A stretch of 64,000 nucleotides of DNA from a virus. The position numbers were made by a program, and so were the translations under genes. Shown here piece after piece: positions 1 through 10,502 of this stretch (position 1 is its first letter; the number at the start of each line of letters is the position of its first letter). The stretch is taken from positions 32,001-96,000 of IMG/VR virus record IMGVR_UViG_3300045012_000235; one strand, 5' to 3'. The notes below the pieces were generated by a model. The model did not search any database. It was given only the letters and a program-made list of their open reading frames with translations, and was not told the origin of the DNA.

Positions 1-218
1 ATCGCCCGCATCGACCCGCATTTTCGGCACCAGAGAAACCGCGATGCTTCAAGGTTGCCGATGGATCCCGTCCGCGTGGCCGCTTCCACACTGCCCGCGG
101 GACGATGCCAACTCGTGACCCCGCACAAGCATGTGTCGGCAAGAGGGACATCGGGCATGGCGATCCCAACCTTAGAACCTCTTGACCTCCCGGGCGAGCA
201 CGGGGCACCCTCGCCGGC

Positions 219-932
219 ATGATAAAAACCGCCCTGCTACTCACACTCACAATTTGCCTCGCGGGTCTCATCGTGATGCCAAAAGTTCACGCCGACTCGC
301 CCAAGCCTGTCGTCCTGCCCGACATGACGATGGCCTCGACATTGCCCGAACCGGTTGCCCCCGCGCAAGAAGACGCACCCGCGTTCAACCAGGCGACCGT
401 GGACTATCTGCTCGGCGTGATGAGTGACTGGCCGCCGGCGCTGCAGACGCTGCCCTCGGTCCCGTACCGCGACGTCGCCGAGAGCATCGCGAGCGTGACG
501 AGCGACCCGAGCGACGCCGTGCTTCTTGCGGCTCTCGGGTACTTCGAAGGAGCTCGCTACGCCCAGTACGTCGATGACGGATCCTGCAACGACGCAAAGT
601 GGGTGAAGTCATCCGAGGGCGCGAGACTGACGCACTGGGGTACGTGCGACCATCGGGTTGCTCGCTCGATCTGGCAGATTCACCCACAAGACGATCGCGC
701 CTCGCTGACACACGGGCTCTGCTCGACCGAAGCCATCTCCACGCGCGTCGGTGCGGCTCGCTGCGCGCTCGACATCGCTCATCGCAGCCTCGCGGCGACC
801 GGCACCCTCTCGTACTACACGGGTGAGTGGGATGGACCGCACCCCAAGGCGGACGAGCGACTCTCGTTCGCAAAACGTGCGCTGAAAAAGCACCCCCCGC
901 CGAAGGTTGCGCCCGGCACGAACACGCCGTAA
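219..932 (+). CDS. secreted lysozyme-like / lytic transglycosylase-like protein (candidate endolysin or virion lysin)
   Basis: Hydrophobic signal peptide ending VHA-D; LLAALGYFE (candidate catalytic Glu at helix end), SIWQIH (GxxQ-like) and LSYYTG resemble SLT/lysozyme motifs. Confidence 0.55.
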   Translation: MIKTALLLTLTICLAGLIVMPKVHADSPKPVVLPDMTMASTLPEPVAPAQEDAPAFNQATVDYLLGVMSDWPPALQTLPSVPYRDVAESIASVTSDPSDAVLLAALGYFEGARYAQYVDDGSCNDAKWVKSSEGARLTHWGTCDHRVARSIWQIHPQDDRASLTHGLCSTEAISTRVGAARCALDIAHRSLAATGTLSYYTGEWDGPHPKADERLSFAKRALKKHPPPKVAPGTNTP

Positions 933-956
933 ATTTCAAATCTTCGCGTCATGGTG

Positions 957-989
957 CCCGCCCAGACAATGGTGTCTGGGCGGGTTTTT
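957..989 (+). terminator. Rho-independent terminator
   Basis: 12-bp perfect stem CCCGCCCAGACA/TGTCTGGGCGGG, 4-nt loop, followed by TTTTT. Confidence 0.85.
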
Positions 990-1000
990 CAGAAGAGCCG

Positions 1001-1096
1001 ATGAAACGCTTCCTCGTCAGCCTCCTCATTTTCGCCCTCGCTCCGCTCGTCGGGGCCGGTGTGGCGGTCTTGGTTATCTGGCTCGGGATCCGTTGA
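1001..1096 (+). CDS. small single-TM membrane peptide
   Basis: MKRFLVSLLIFALAPLVGAGVAVLVIWLGIR, preceded by a purine-rich stretch. Confidence 0.35.
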   Translation: MKRFLVSLLIFALAPLVGAGVAVLVIWLGIR

Positions 1097-1208
1097 CGGA
1101 CAGAAGATTCCTTCCGATCTCGTAAAGAGTCTTCTCCTTCCGAGCTCGTACCTACGCGACTTCTCACGGACCGTCCGCTGGCCTCGCTCTTGCGATGTTC
1201 GAGCGAAC

Positions 1209-1508
1209 ATGAAGCGACTGATCGACGATCATCCGTGGGCCTTCGAGGAGGCAGTTCGCCTCGCCGGCCGCAAAGGTGACGAGGCGGCGTTCGCGCGCGA
1301 GCTCGAAGACGCCATGTGGGCCGGAGATTGCGACCGGCTCCACGAGTTGGCTGGCTGCCGATGCTGCTGCTGGGAACACACGTTCGAGGGTTGCCCGGCC
1401 CGCGTGTGGGACGGATGCCGCGGATCGGGGATGACGACGCGCGCGGATCTGGAATCGTGGATGGCGCACTACGAACGGTTCCACGGCTTGCCGCGCGACC
1501 AGTTCTAG
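1209..1508 (+). CDS. hypothetical Cys-rich protein
   Basis: MKRLIDD... with CRCCCWEH..C...C cluster; GC3-biased codons. Confidence 0.6.
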   Translation: MKRLIDDHPWAFEEAVRLAGRKGDEAAFARELEDAMWAGDCDRLHELAGCRCCCWEHTFEGCPARVWDGCRGSGMTTRADLESWMAHYERFHGLPRDQF

Positions 1509-1524
1509 GTGGTAGGCTAACAGC

Positions 1525-1626
1525 ACTCCACCCGATGAGTGCTCGGCCCATCTTGTCGCGCCAACCGTCGTTTCCCTCCCCGCCGGTGAAGCAACCATCG
1601 AGCTTCGGGGCGCTTTCGGGTGGAGT
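1525..1626 (+). ncRNA. candidate structured RNA / 5' leader hairpin
   Basis: 11-bp perfect inverted repeat ACTCCACCCGA (1525-1535) / TCGGGTGGAGT (1616-1626), extended by G-U pairs; extended -10 TGGTAGGCT at 1510-1518. Confidence 0.4.
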
Positions 1627-1688
1627 TCTCCGGTGAATCCGATCCGGCTGTTCGTGTGGCTCTTCGTGGCCGTCATGGAGCACGGACG

Positions 1689-2096
1689 ATGAGCGACTAC
1701 GCGTACCTCCTTCGCGGTGGCCGACTCGCGCAAGGGAGCGCACCGTCACCCGATGCGCGCCTTCCATTCGACGTCATCGTGCTCGCAGCGCAGGAGTACC
1801 AGCCCAACCTGCCTGGCTACATCGTGCTGCACGTGCCGCTCGACGACGGACCGCCTCCCGACAAGGTAACGCGCTTTCGCATCCGGAACGCCGCCCAGAA
1901 GGTGGCGGACCACGTTCGACTCCAGAACCGAGTTCTCGTCACCTGCTGGCACGGCCGCAACCGTTCCGGCGTCATCGCGGGCCTGGCGCTCGTCAAGCTA
2001 GGAATACCGAGAGAACTCGCGGTGAGCCGCATCCAGCGGCTCAGAAACGGCCTGAGCAACCCCTACTTTTGCGCGATGGTTCAAGGTACGCTCTAG
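1689..2096 (+). CDS. dual-specificity / tyrosine protein phosphatase (CX5R)
   Basis: VLVTCWHGRNRSG = CxxGxxRS P-loop; upstream PLDDGP acid loop. Confidence 0.85.
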   Translation: MSDYAYLLRGGRLAQGSAPSPDARLPFDVIVLAAQEYQPNLPGYIVLHVPLDDGPPPDKVTRFRIRNAAQKVADHVRLQNRVLVTCWHGRNRSGVIAGLALVKLGIPRELAVSRIQRLRNGLSNPYFCAMVQGTL

Positions 2097-2157
2097 AAAC
2101 CGTGAGACCTGCACCGGAGAGGGGGTGGTGTCCTGTCGTCGGTGGAACCACCGTAAC

Positions 2158-3690
2158 ATGAAAAAGATCGCTCTACTCGTACTCACCCTGATCCTCTCCA
2201 CAGCCTGTAGGGGCGGAGCGGGACCAAACTTCCAACCAAGAGCCAGCCCGCCCGTGCCGCTTGGTGGCAACCTCTCGAACACATCGCAGACCGCATACGT
2301 CACCAAGCTCGGAAACCCACCAACTTCGAGCCCGGCCCTCTCAGGGCTCGTGTATCAGCAGATCACGATTACCGCCTCCACGTACACGGTCGATGCTGGG
2401 TCCAACTTTGATTACTTGATATTTACAGACTCCACGAACAACACCATCACGATCACGTTGCCGGCACCAACCGCTGGACGGTTTTTGCAGTTCAAAGACA
2501 AAACGGGACAAGCCGGTACAAACAACGTCACCATCCAACAGCACGCGTCCGAAACCATCGATGGGGCTACGAGCGTCGTCATCGCTCAGGCATACGGTTA
2601 CCTCTCGCTTTATTCGGACGGGACCAATTGGAGCGTCTCGGAGCGCTTCGCGGCATGCCCCGCAGGCAACTCTCCGATTGGAACATGGGTCAACATCACG
2701 CCGCCTTACGTGATCATTCACCCTACGTTCACCGGAGTACTGATCCCTCTCGTCAATCCCCAGAACCCCTCCGAAATTTACGTGACCACCGACAGCGATG
2801 GGGTCTTTCGATCGGAGGATTGCGGCAACACATGGGTTCAAGCCAATACCGGGGTCAACGCGGCTAGCCTCAACTCAGGACGGATCTGGAGCGCCGTCAT
2901 CGATCCGATCAACCCGCAAACAATCTACGCCCTGACCGGCTACGGGGATGGAGGTGTTTGGAAGACGACCAACAGCGGCACCGATTGGGCACAGACGTTT
3001 CCTCCTGGGAGCGACATCGCCGCACAAGCCGGCGGCTTCGTCCACGTCATTCGTATGGACCCAACCAACCATCTTCACATATTGGTCAACTTCCACGGAG
3101 ACTGCAGTCCGCCCTACACGCCTGTCTGTTTTGGAGAAAGCATGGACGGCGGCATCACTTGGAACGTGCTTGATTACCCAACGTCCATAGCCACTGATTG
3201 GTGCGAAGCGTGCAGCATTGATTTCTTGCACAGCAGCGTGTGGCTCAGTGCAGAAGGTATCGGCGGAATCTTCCTAACGACGGACAGCAGCAGTACGTGG
3301 TCCAACGTCACTCCTTCTGGAACGCAAAATTGGAATGTCGCGCTGCCCGTTTTCAAATTGCCCAGCGGCACGTTCTACGTCGGATCGCAGGTGGGCGTCC
3401 TCAGCGGAACCAACAACGGTGAAACGTGGACGCTTCTCCCCAATACGTACAGCTACATCAACCCGGTCATGGGCGACGGGGTTACGCTCTACGGAGCGTC
3501 CTACACCAACACAACCCTTTTTCTCACAGCCGCTTCGTACAGCACACCCACGGTGTGGAACACCATCGCTGCGCCCGGTCTGCCGACCAGTCCTGCGGTT
3601 GGACCCGTTGCGTTTGCCAACGATTTCGCGCACCATCGACTCTACCTGACGCTTCAGACCTCCGGCCTGTGGCAGACGACGACGCGGTAG
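2158..3690 (+). CDS. lipoprotein-signal protein with fibre-type beta domain and Asp-box (BNR) beta-propeller
   Basis: MKKIALLVLTLILSTAC lipobox-like; TITLPAPTAGR..KDKTG..TIDG..YSDGTNW fibre-type domain; Asp-box repeats SEDCGNTW, TTNSGTDW, SMDGGITW, TTDSSSTW, TNNGETW. Confidence 0.7.
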   Translation: MKKIALLVLTLILSTACRGGAGPNFQPRASPPVPLGGNLSNTSQTAYVTKLGNPPTSSPALSGLVYQQITITASTYTVDAGSNFDYLIFTDSTNNTITITLPAPTAGRFLQFKDKTGQAGTNNVTIQQHASETIDGATSVVIAQAYGYLSLYSDGTNWSVSERFAACPAGNSPIGTWVNITPPYVIIHPTFTGVLIPLVNPQNPSEIYVTTDSDGVFRSEDCGNTWVQANTGVNAASLNSGRIWSAVIDPINPQTIYALTGYGDGGVWKTTNSGTDWAQTFPPGSDIAAQAGGFVHVIRMDPTNHLHILVNFHGDCSPPYTPVCFGESMDGGITWNVLDYPTSIATDWCEACSIDFLHSSVWLSAEGIGGIFLTTDSSSTWSNVTPSGTQNWNVALPVFKLPSGTFYVGSQVGVLSGTNNGETWTLLPNTYSYINPVMGDGVTLYGASYTNTTLFLTAASYSTPTVWNTIAAPGLPTSPAVGPVAFANDFAHHRLYLTLQTSGLWQTTTR

Positions 3691-3746
3691 GGACGGGTCT
3701 TTCATGCGATGGTGCGCGGCACACCCTGACCGCGCGGACATACTCA

Positions 3747-5226
<1,480 letters not shown>

Positions 5227-5231
5227 CCTGC

Positions 5232-5984
5232 ATGACGCCCGAACTTTGGACGCCCCCGCGCAAACTCTGGACGCCTTCTCGGTCCAAACGACGGATCATC
5301 CGAGCCGGGTTCGTCCAAGGCGCTGTCGGTACCGGCTCCGCAGCACCCTCTTCTGTCTCCACCGCCAACTTCGCTGGAGCCAACACTCTCGGAAATTTTA
5401 TCGGCGTCGGCATCTGCTCCACCAACAACAGCGACACCGTCAATTCTGTATCTGACACCGCTGGCAACACCACCTGGACCTTGGCCGGGCATGTTGCCAT
5501 TGGGGGAAACCCAATTTGGCTCTACTACGCGTGGAACATCAAAGCTGCGGGCGCCAACACCAACAAGGTCACAGCCAACGTCACTGCGGGTGGTTTCAGC
5601 AGCTGGGGGATCTTTGCCATCGAAGAAAGTGGTGTGCAGAACACGAGTGACCCGAAGCGCGTGGCCAACACCGCCGGAAATAATTTCGGCTCTTCGACGG
5701 ACCCTACGTGCTCTCTTGCAGGAACCTCCGCAAGCGACACCATCATCGCCGTCGTGTACAACACGAGCACACCCACCGCGGGAAGCCCCCTTGTGCTTCG
5801 CGAACAGGTCGGCACCGTCGCGAGCTTGCCGGTTACCGCAATGATCGAGGACGGCACCCTTGCGGGCGGAACAGTCAACCCGTTCGCCGGACCCGCCACG
5901 ACCATCTGGAACATCGTGGCAGCAGCGTTCATCGCCGCGCCGGCGGCCCCCTCCGGCAACGCCATTTTCTACAATTCCGACTAG
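5232..5984 (+). CDS. Gly/Ser/Thr/Ala-rich beta protein, probable fibre-associated virion protein
   Basis: Follows the collagen gene by 5 nt; tail-fibre-like composition; N-terminal LWTP twice. Confidence 0.6.
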   Translation: MTPELWTPPRKLWTPSRSKRRIIRAGFVQGAVGTGSAAPSSVSTANFAGANTLGNFIGVGICSTNNSDTVNSVSDTAGNTTWTLAGHVAIGGNPIWLYYAWNIKAAGANTNKVTANVTAGGFSSWGIFAIEESGVQNTSDPKRVANTAGNNFGSSTDPTCSLAGTSASDTIIAVVYNTSTPTAGSPLVLREQVGTVASLPVTAMIEDGTLAGGTVNPFAGPATTIWNIVAAAFIAAPAAPSGNAIFYNSD

Positions 5985-6058
5985 AGGAGATCGCGAACGA
6001 GCCAGTCGGCGAGCACCCCGCACAGCACGCCGAGCAAGAGAAAATCCCCGAAGCTCAT

Positions 6059-6409
6059 ATGCACGCCCTCATCATCGACGACAACCCGGACGACCGGGAC
6101 ATGCTTCAGCGAGCGCTCGAAATGCGCGGCCACACGTCGTGCTGGGCGTCCAACGGGCGCGCGGGCCTGGACATGATGCGTCTCGAGCCGGTGGACATCG
6201 TCCTACTCGACCTCGACCTCGGGCCGGGTCTCAGCGGCTTCGATCTGCTCCACCGTCGAGGCGCCGATCCCTTGCTCCGGCGTATCCCCGTCGTCGTGAT
6301 GACCGGCATGCCCAGGGACCGCGTGCTCTCGCTCGTTCTCGAGGACGTCACCTTCATGACCAAGCCCGTTGACCTCGACACGCTGATGGAGAAGATCCAG
6401 AGGCGCTGA
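6059..6409 (+). CDS. single-domain response regulator (CheY-like receiver)
   Basis: LIIDD acidic pair, VLLD phospho-acceptor, VVVMTG, MTKP: all receiver motifs present. Confidence 0.9.
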   Translation: MHALIIDDNPDDRDMLQRALEMRGHTSCWASNGRAGLDMMRLEPVDIVLLDLDLGPGLSGFDLLHRRGADPLLRRIPVVVMTGMPRDRVLSLVLEDVTFMTKPVDLDTLMEKIQRR

Positions 6410-6532
6410 CTGCGGCCGGCGTTTCTCGTCCGCACGAAGCTGCTGTTCGCACCCCACGCAAGCGCGCGTCCCGTTGACGGGTCGAAGCCGATGGCACCGG
6501 CGGCAGATCGAGCGGGCTTTCATGGGCGCATC

Positions 6533-6862
6533 CTACACCACTTCCGGCACCACGCCGTCCGACCGCATCCGCGCCCAGCGGGTCGACGCCCAATCGGGCG
6601 CCGGAATCGACTGGCCGGCCTTGTCGTGCGTGCAGTCGGCGCAATAGTTCCAGACACCCTCGGTCAAGATGGAATGGCAGCGCGGGCTGCCCGGCGACTC
6701 GTGCGCGAGCATGCTGCCGTCGAACGACGGCGCTTCATGCGTGCCGCTCATCGTCCAGCGGCTATCAAACGTGTGCGGCTCGTCGCAGACAGGACACCAG
6801 ACGAGCCACGCGTAGTGACCCTTCTCGTCGAAAGTCAGGAGCTCAAACGTCTTGATACCCAT
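6533..6862 (-). CDS. small Cys/His protein, DUF6527-like
   Basis: WCPVC..H...W..SG...APSF..S......CHS....G.W..C.D.TH pattern. Confidence 0.6.
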   Translation of the reverse strand: MGIKTFELLTFDEKGHYAWLVWCPVCDEPHTFDSRWTMSGTHEAPSFDGSMLAHESPGSPRCHSILTEGVWNYCADCTHDKAGQSIPAPDWASTRWARMRSDGVVPEVV

Positions 6863-6918
6863 CCTGTCAGATTAGCGAGTCGCCAAGACCTCCGCGAGAA
6901 CCCCGTTTTCGGTCCCAG

Positions 6919-7263
6919 TCAAGGTGCCTCCGTAGTCCACCGCTCCCCCTCCGGCACCCCGACGATCACGGGCGTCTCGTGCCAGAGACCCGGCCCGACG
7001 TCGATCGACGGCGAGATGTGCCAGTCGGTCGCCGAGGCGCGGGTGAGCCCCCACGTGCGCCGGCCGCTCGGACCTGTTTCCAAAAAAGGGCCGTTGGGGT
7101 TGACCGGCACGCCCACGTAGAACGTTTCGCCGATCGCTTGACGGACGAGGGCCCATAGCTGCCACCACCGCGCGCCCTCGGGAGCGCGTGCGCTGCGGAT
7201 CGTGCACTCGTTGAGCGCGAGGTCGCCGATACATAAGACGGCGCGGTAGACAAGGATGCTCAC
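6919..7263 (-). CDS. hypothetical protein, distantly DUF6527-like C-terminus
   Basis: TWGL....WHISPSIDVGPGLWH; start uncertain (GTG 7263 or ATG 7329). Confidence 0.45.
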   Translation of the reverse strand: MSILVYRAVLCIGDLALNECTIRSARAPEGARWWQLWALVRQAIGETFYVGVPVNPNGPFLETGPSGRRTWGLTRASATDWHISPSIDVGPGLWHETPVIVGVPEGERWTTEAP

Positions 7264-7327
7264 GGGATAAGCTTGCCAGGCAGAGGTGAGCCGTGCGAGG
7301 ATGCTCCTCGACAAGATAGGAGTGTCC

Positions 7328-7723
7328 ATGACCGCTCGGAAACGAGTTGTCGAAGCCACGCGCAGGCGAACCGCACCGACGGTGCAGGAGATTCGTGTGC
7401 GCGTCATGCACGACGAAGAACCGGACACCTCGTACCTGGATCAGGACGAGTTCGCGGACCGGCGCGCAGAGTACGAGAACGGCGACTTCACGTTCGTCGG
7501 CGTGCGCGCGGAAGCGGAAGTCGTCATCGAAGGTGTTGTTCAAACGCTCACGAGCGGCGGCATGTGGGGCGTAGAGAGCGACTCGAAGGAGTACATCGAA
7601 GAAGTCGCAGTCGAGGAATACGCCGCTCTCAGGGAAATTCTGACGTCGATTGGGGTGTCGACGTCGCAGGTGCCGGTCGGCGACAAGAAAATGATTCAAC
7701 CGCTCATTTCATGGGAGGCGTGA
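7328..7723 (+). CDS. acidic hypothetical protein, gene 1 of coupled operon
   Basis: AGGAG RBS; N-terminal RKRVVEATRRR; GGMWGVESDS core. Confidence 0.75.
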   Translation: MTARKRVVEATRRRTAPTVQEIRVRVMHDEEPDTSYLDQDEFADRRAEYENGDFTFVGVRAEAEVVIEGVVQTLTSGGMWGVESDSKEYIEEVAVEEYAALREILTSIGVSTSQVPVGDKKMIQPLISWEA

Positions 7724-8142
7724 TGGGATTCTCAGCAGCAGAGGACGGGATTCGATCGTACGGGCCGGGCAAGTTCTACACGGTGCTCGACAGCTACACC
7801 TACGAGATGACGGGCAACGGCGGCGCCGACGAGGAAGCGACCTACGGCGAGGGCAATGGCTGGTACGGCCTCGTGTGGATCGACAAGGGCACGCAGGACG
7901 CCATCCGTGAGGTCGCAAAAGAGAACGAGGACGAACTCACCGAAGAGGAAGAGGATCTCCTCAAGAGCAGCAAGGCCGTCATCCTCTTCGAACGATCGGA
8001 CGGTATCGTCGAAGCCGACTGGTTCGACACCAAGAAGGAAGCCGAGAAAGCGTGGGCAAACGTCCTCGTCGATACCGAAGAGGGCGAAGAGGAAGAAGAC
8101 GAGGACGAGGACGAAGACGAGGAAGAAGAAGAGGCTGACTGA
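7723..8142 (+). CDS. highly acidic hypothetical protein with poly-Glu/Asp tail
   Basis: TGATG coupling; GPGKF..., ILFERSDGIV; acidic tail EEGEEEEDEDEDEDEEEEEAD. Confidence 0.75.
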   Translation: MGFSAAEDGIRSYGPGKFYTVLDSYTYEMTGNGGADEEATYGEGNGWYGLVWIDKGTQDAIREVAKENEDELTEEEEDLLKSSKAVILFERSDGIVEADWFDTKKEAEKAWANVLVDTEEGEEEEDEDEDEDEEEEEAD

Positions 8143-8849
8143 TGGCTCGACGACAAATGCGTGAGGCGGTCGACTTCGACGACGAGGACGCCGTGCTCGC
8201 CGACATGGGCGAAGCCCTCGACATCGACCCCGACGAGCTCAAAATCGAAGAAAGCCGTCTAAGCGACTTCGGCGGCGCCGGTACGGTCTACCGCATCTAC
8301 TTCAAAGGAAGCCGCACCGGCAGCAAGGAGTGGCACGTCGTCGCCGATGAAGACGCGGAGCGCGAACTGGCTCTCGCAATCGTCAAGCAAGACCTCGACG
8401 ACCAGCCCGAGATTTTCAACCAGGACTTCATCGAGTCGCACATCGATCTGGACCGCCTGCGCCGCGATCTCGAGAGCGACGTGCAGAACAGCAACGAGGA
8501 GCGGTTGCGTGACGAGCGGCCGAGCGACTTCTGGAAGGAGTACGAGCGTGCGGGGTTCGACGCGCCCGAAGAGGACGAGGACGGAGAACGTGAGGACCCG
8601 GACGACTCGCACATCGAGGAGCTCGCCCAGAGCCTGACCGAAGACGAACTCAAGGACCCCATGAGCTATCTCGAAGACATCTACGGCAAGGAAGACGCCG
8701 TCAAGCAGGCCATCGAGATCGCCGGGCTCGACATCGACGCCGCCGCGGAGGACGCCGTCGACACCGACGGTCCGGCGCACTTCCTGTCGTCGTACGACGG
8801 CAATTCGTACACGACCAAGAGTGGGTTGGTTTATTGGAGGACAAACTGA
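8142..8849 (+). CDS. very acidic protein, candidate ArdA/Ocr-like DNA mimic
   Basis: Very Asp/Glu-rich; C-terminal LDIDAAAEDAVDTDG.AHFLSSYDG...YWR loosely recalls ArdA-type C-termini; N-terminal MREA motif. Confidence 0.5.
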   Translation: MARRQMREAVDFDDEDAVLADMGEALDIDPDELKIEESRLSDFGGAGTVYRIYFKGSRTGSKEWHVVADEDAERELALAIVKQDLDDQPEIFNQDFIESHIDLDRLRRDLESDVQNSNEERLRDERPSDFWKEYERAGFDAPEEDEDGEREDPDDSHIEELAQSLTEDELKDPMSYLEDIYGKEDAVKQAIEIAGLDIDAAAEDAVDTDGPAHFLSSYDGNSYTTKSGLVYWRTN

Positions 8850-9115
8850 TGGCTCGGCACAAGGACGTCGAGTTCGCGGTCGACGACGCCAGCGGTGACG
8901 AGTGCGTCTTCAAGAGCTGGGACGAGGCCGCCGGGTTCGCGCTCAGCATCGCGGCATCCGGTCATGAGGCGCACATCGACGTCCTCATCTGGAGCAAGGC
9001 CGGCGCCCGAGCGTGGGGCGGAGACGACGCCGTCGAGCAGTACAACGAGGACCCCGAGGCGAGCGTATTTGAACGCTTCGAGGTCAATGTCAATGCGGTG
9101 GGAAGGATACCCTAA
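8849..9115 (+). CDS. acidic hypothetical protein
   Basis: TGATG and TAATG coupling to its neighbours; GGAGG upstream. Confidence 0.7.
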   Translation: MARHKDVEFAVDDASGDECVFKSWDEAAGFALSIAASGHEAHIDVLIWSKAGARAWGGDDAVEQYNEDPEASVFERFEVNVNAVGRIP

Positions 9116-10110
9116 TGCCTCGACGACAGCAGCATCTTCCCGGCATCAAGCCGGGGATCGGGCACATCGAAATCGCCATCCCCGTGATTCCCATGTGGGA
9201 GCAGGTTGGCGGGGACATGAGCCCCGGCGCGTACGGCGCCATTCTCGCAAAGAGCGACGGCAACGCCATCGAGCTCCTGGAGATTCAACCGGTGCGCGAG
9301 CACGTCGGAGATGAGGAAGCGAAGGAAATCGGCTTCCCCTTCTGGTCGAAGGAGGCGTACTTCGACCTCGACGACCTCGACCCAAAGAAGGACGACGTCC
9401 AGAGCGCCCTCAACAGCATCAGTATGTCGTTCGAAACGCTCGAGGACGACTACACGCCGGAGCAGCGAGCAATGGTCATCGCGGAGGCCTTGCTCGGCTG
9501 GGGGCGCGGCGACGAGGGGACCTCGGGCTGGTCCAAGGACGTCGTGCCGGATCAGGTGAAGTGGTGGGGCGGTGATGTCGCGGGGCCGGAGTACCTCGCG
9601 GACGAGGACGAGACGTTCAAGGACAACGTGCTCGGCTACAGCGAGATCCGCACATCAATCGAGGAGGTCGTCCAGCGGATGGCCGACGAGAGCAACGCGA
9701 TGGCGTGGAGTACGTTAGGCGACCAGGTACTCATTGACCTGGAGGACGCCGGATACGACCCGAACACCGTCGTCAACATCGCCGACTTCGGCGATTCGGT
9801 AGCCGTCAACGGCGACCTGACCGACGAGACGGTCGTCGCGATCATGGAGAAACTCGAAGCGAAGGGATACGAGGAGACCGACCAGGGCGGCCGAATCCCC
9901 TCCGAAGAGGCGGAGGTGTCCGCTGAGCACGTCGTGAGCGCGGTCGCCGAAGAGTTGGATCGCTCCGAAGAGGACGTCGAGAAGGCGGCCGAGTCGCTCG
10001 ACTGGTGGCAGGAGAACATCCCGTGGTCGTCGTCCGGCGATGGGTCGATATGGGCGAAACGAACGGGGACCGAGACCAAGGAAGCGCGCCGACGCGCGAG
10101 GAGACGCTGA
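9115..10110 (+). CDS. acidic hypothetical protein with basic tail TKEARRRARRR
   Basis: 331-aa ORF with strong GC3 bias, coupled to its neighbours. Confidence 0.8.
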   Translation: MPRRQQHLPGIKPGIGHIEIAIPVIPMWEQVGGDMSPGAYGAILAKSDGNAIELLEIQPVREHVGDEEAKEIGFPFWSKEAYFDLDDLDPKKDDVQSALNSISMSFETLEDDYTPEQRAMVIAEALLGWGRGDEGTSGWSKDVVPDQVKWWGGDVAGPEYLADEDETFKDNVLGYSEIRTSIEEVVQRMADESNAMAWSTLGDQVLIDLEDAGYDPNTVVNIADFGDSVAVNGDLTDETVVAIMEKLEAKGYEETDQGGRIPSEEAEVSAEHVVSAVAEELDRSEEDVEKAAESLDWWQENIPWSSSGDGSIWAKRTGTETKEARRRARRR

Positions 10111-10502
10111 TGCCGAACAAACCGCGAAAACCCATCGCCAAACTCATTGGCGAGCTGCAGTCCTGGCTCCCCAATTATGACCACGGTCCCAAGGACTACC
10201 CCACCCTCTTGTGGCGCATTCTAGCCTCCTTGCATGGCGGTGATCAGGCCGAGGACATGGGGTACGAACCGTTCAGCCTGGGGTGGCAGGAAATCGACCA
10301 ACTCGGGCGCGTGCTCATGGCCATCGAGAACCAGCGCGACGTCGAGGATCTCATCCAGGGGCTCCTCGGCGACGAGGAGGAAGAGGTCGAGGAGGCGCGT
10401 CGGCGCCCGCGCGTACGGCAGCCGGTGGGCCTGTCGTCGAGCGCTCATAAGGCGCCGCAGCGCGTCCAGCAATCGCGCCGACGTCCGGCAAGGAGACGAT
10501 GA
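10110..10502 (+). CDS. hypothetical protein with VEEARRR motif and Arg-rich tail
   Basis: MPNKPRKP... start coupled to upstream TGA; GGAGA upstream. Confidence 0.7.
   Translation: MPNKPRKPIAKLIGELQSWLPNYDHGPKDYPTLLWRILASLHGGDQAEDMGYEPFSLGWQEIDQLGRVLMAIENQRDVEDLIQGLLGDEEEEVEEARRRPRVRQPVGLSSSAHKAPQRVQQSRRRPARRR

Noticed and set aside
1-218. Possible partial gene at the left edge
   Set aside because: No frame gives a convincing protein or motif; left unannotated.
8080-8139. GAR/GAC triplet run as a DNA repeat element
   Set aside because: Explained by the poly-Glu/Asp protein tail.
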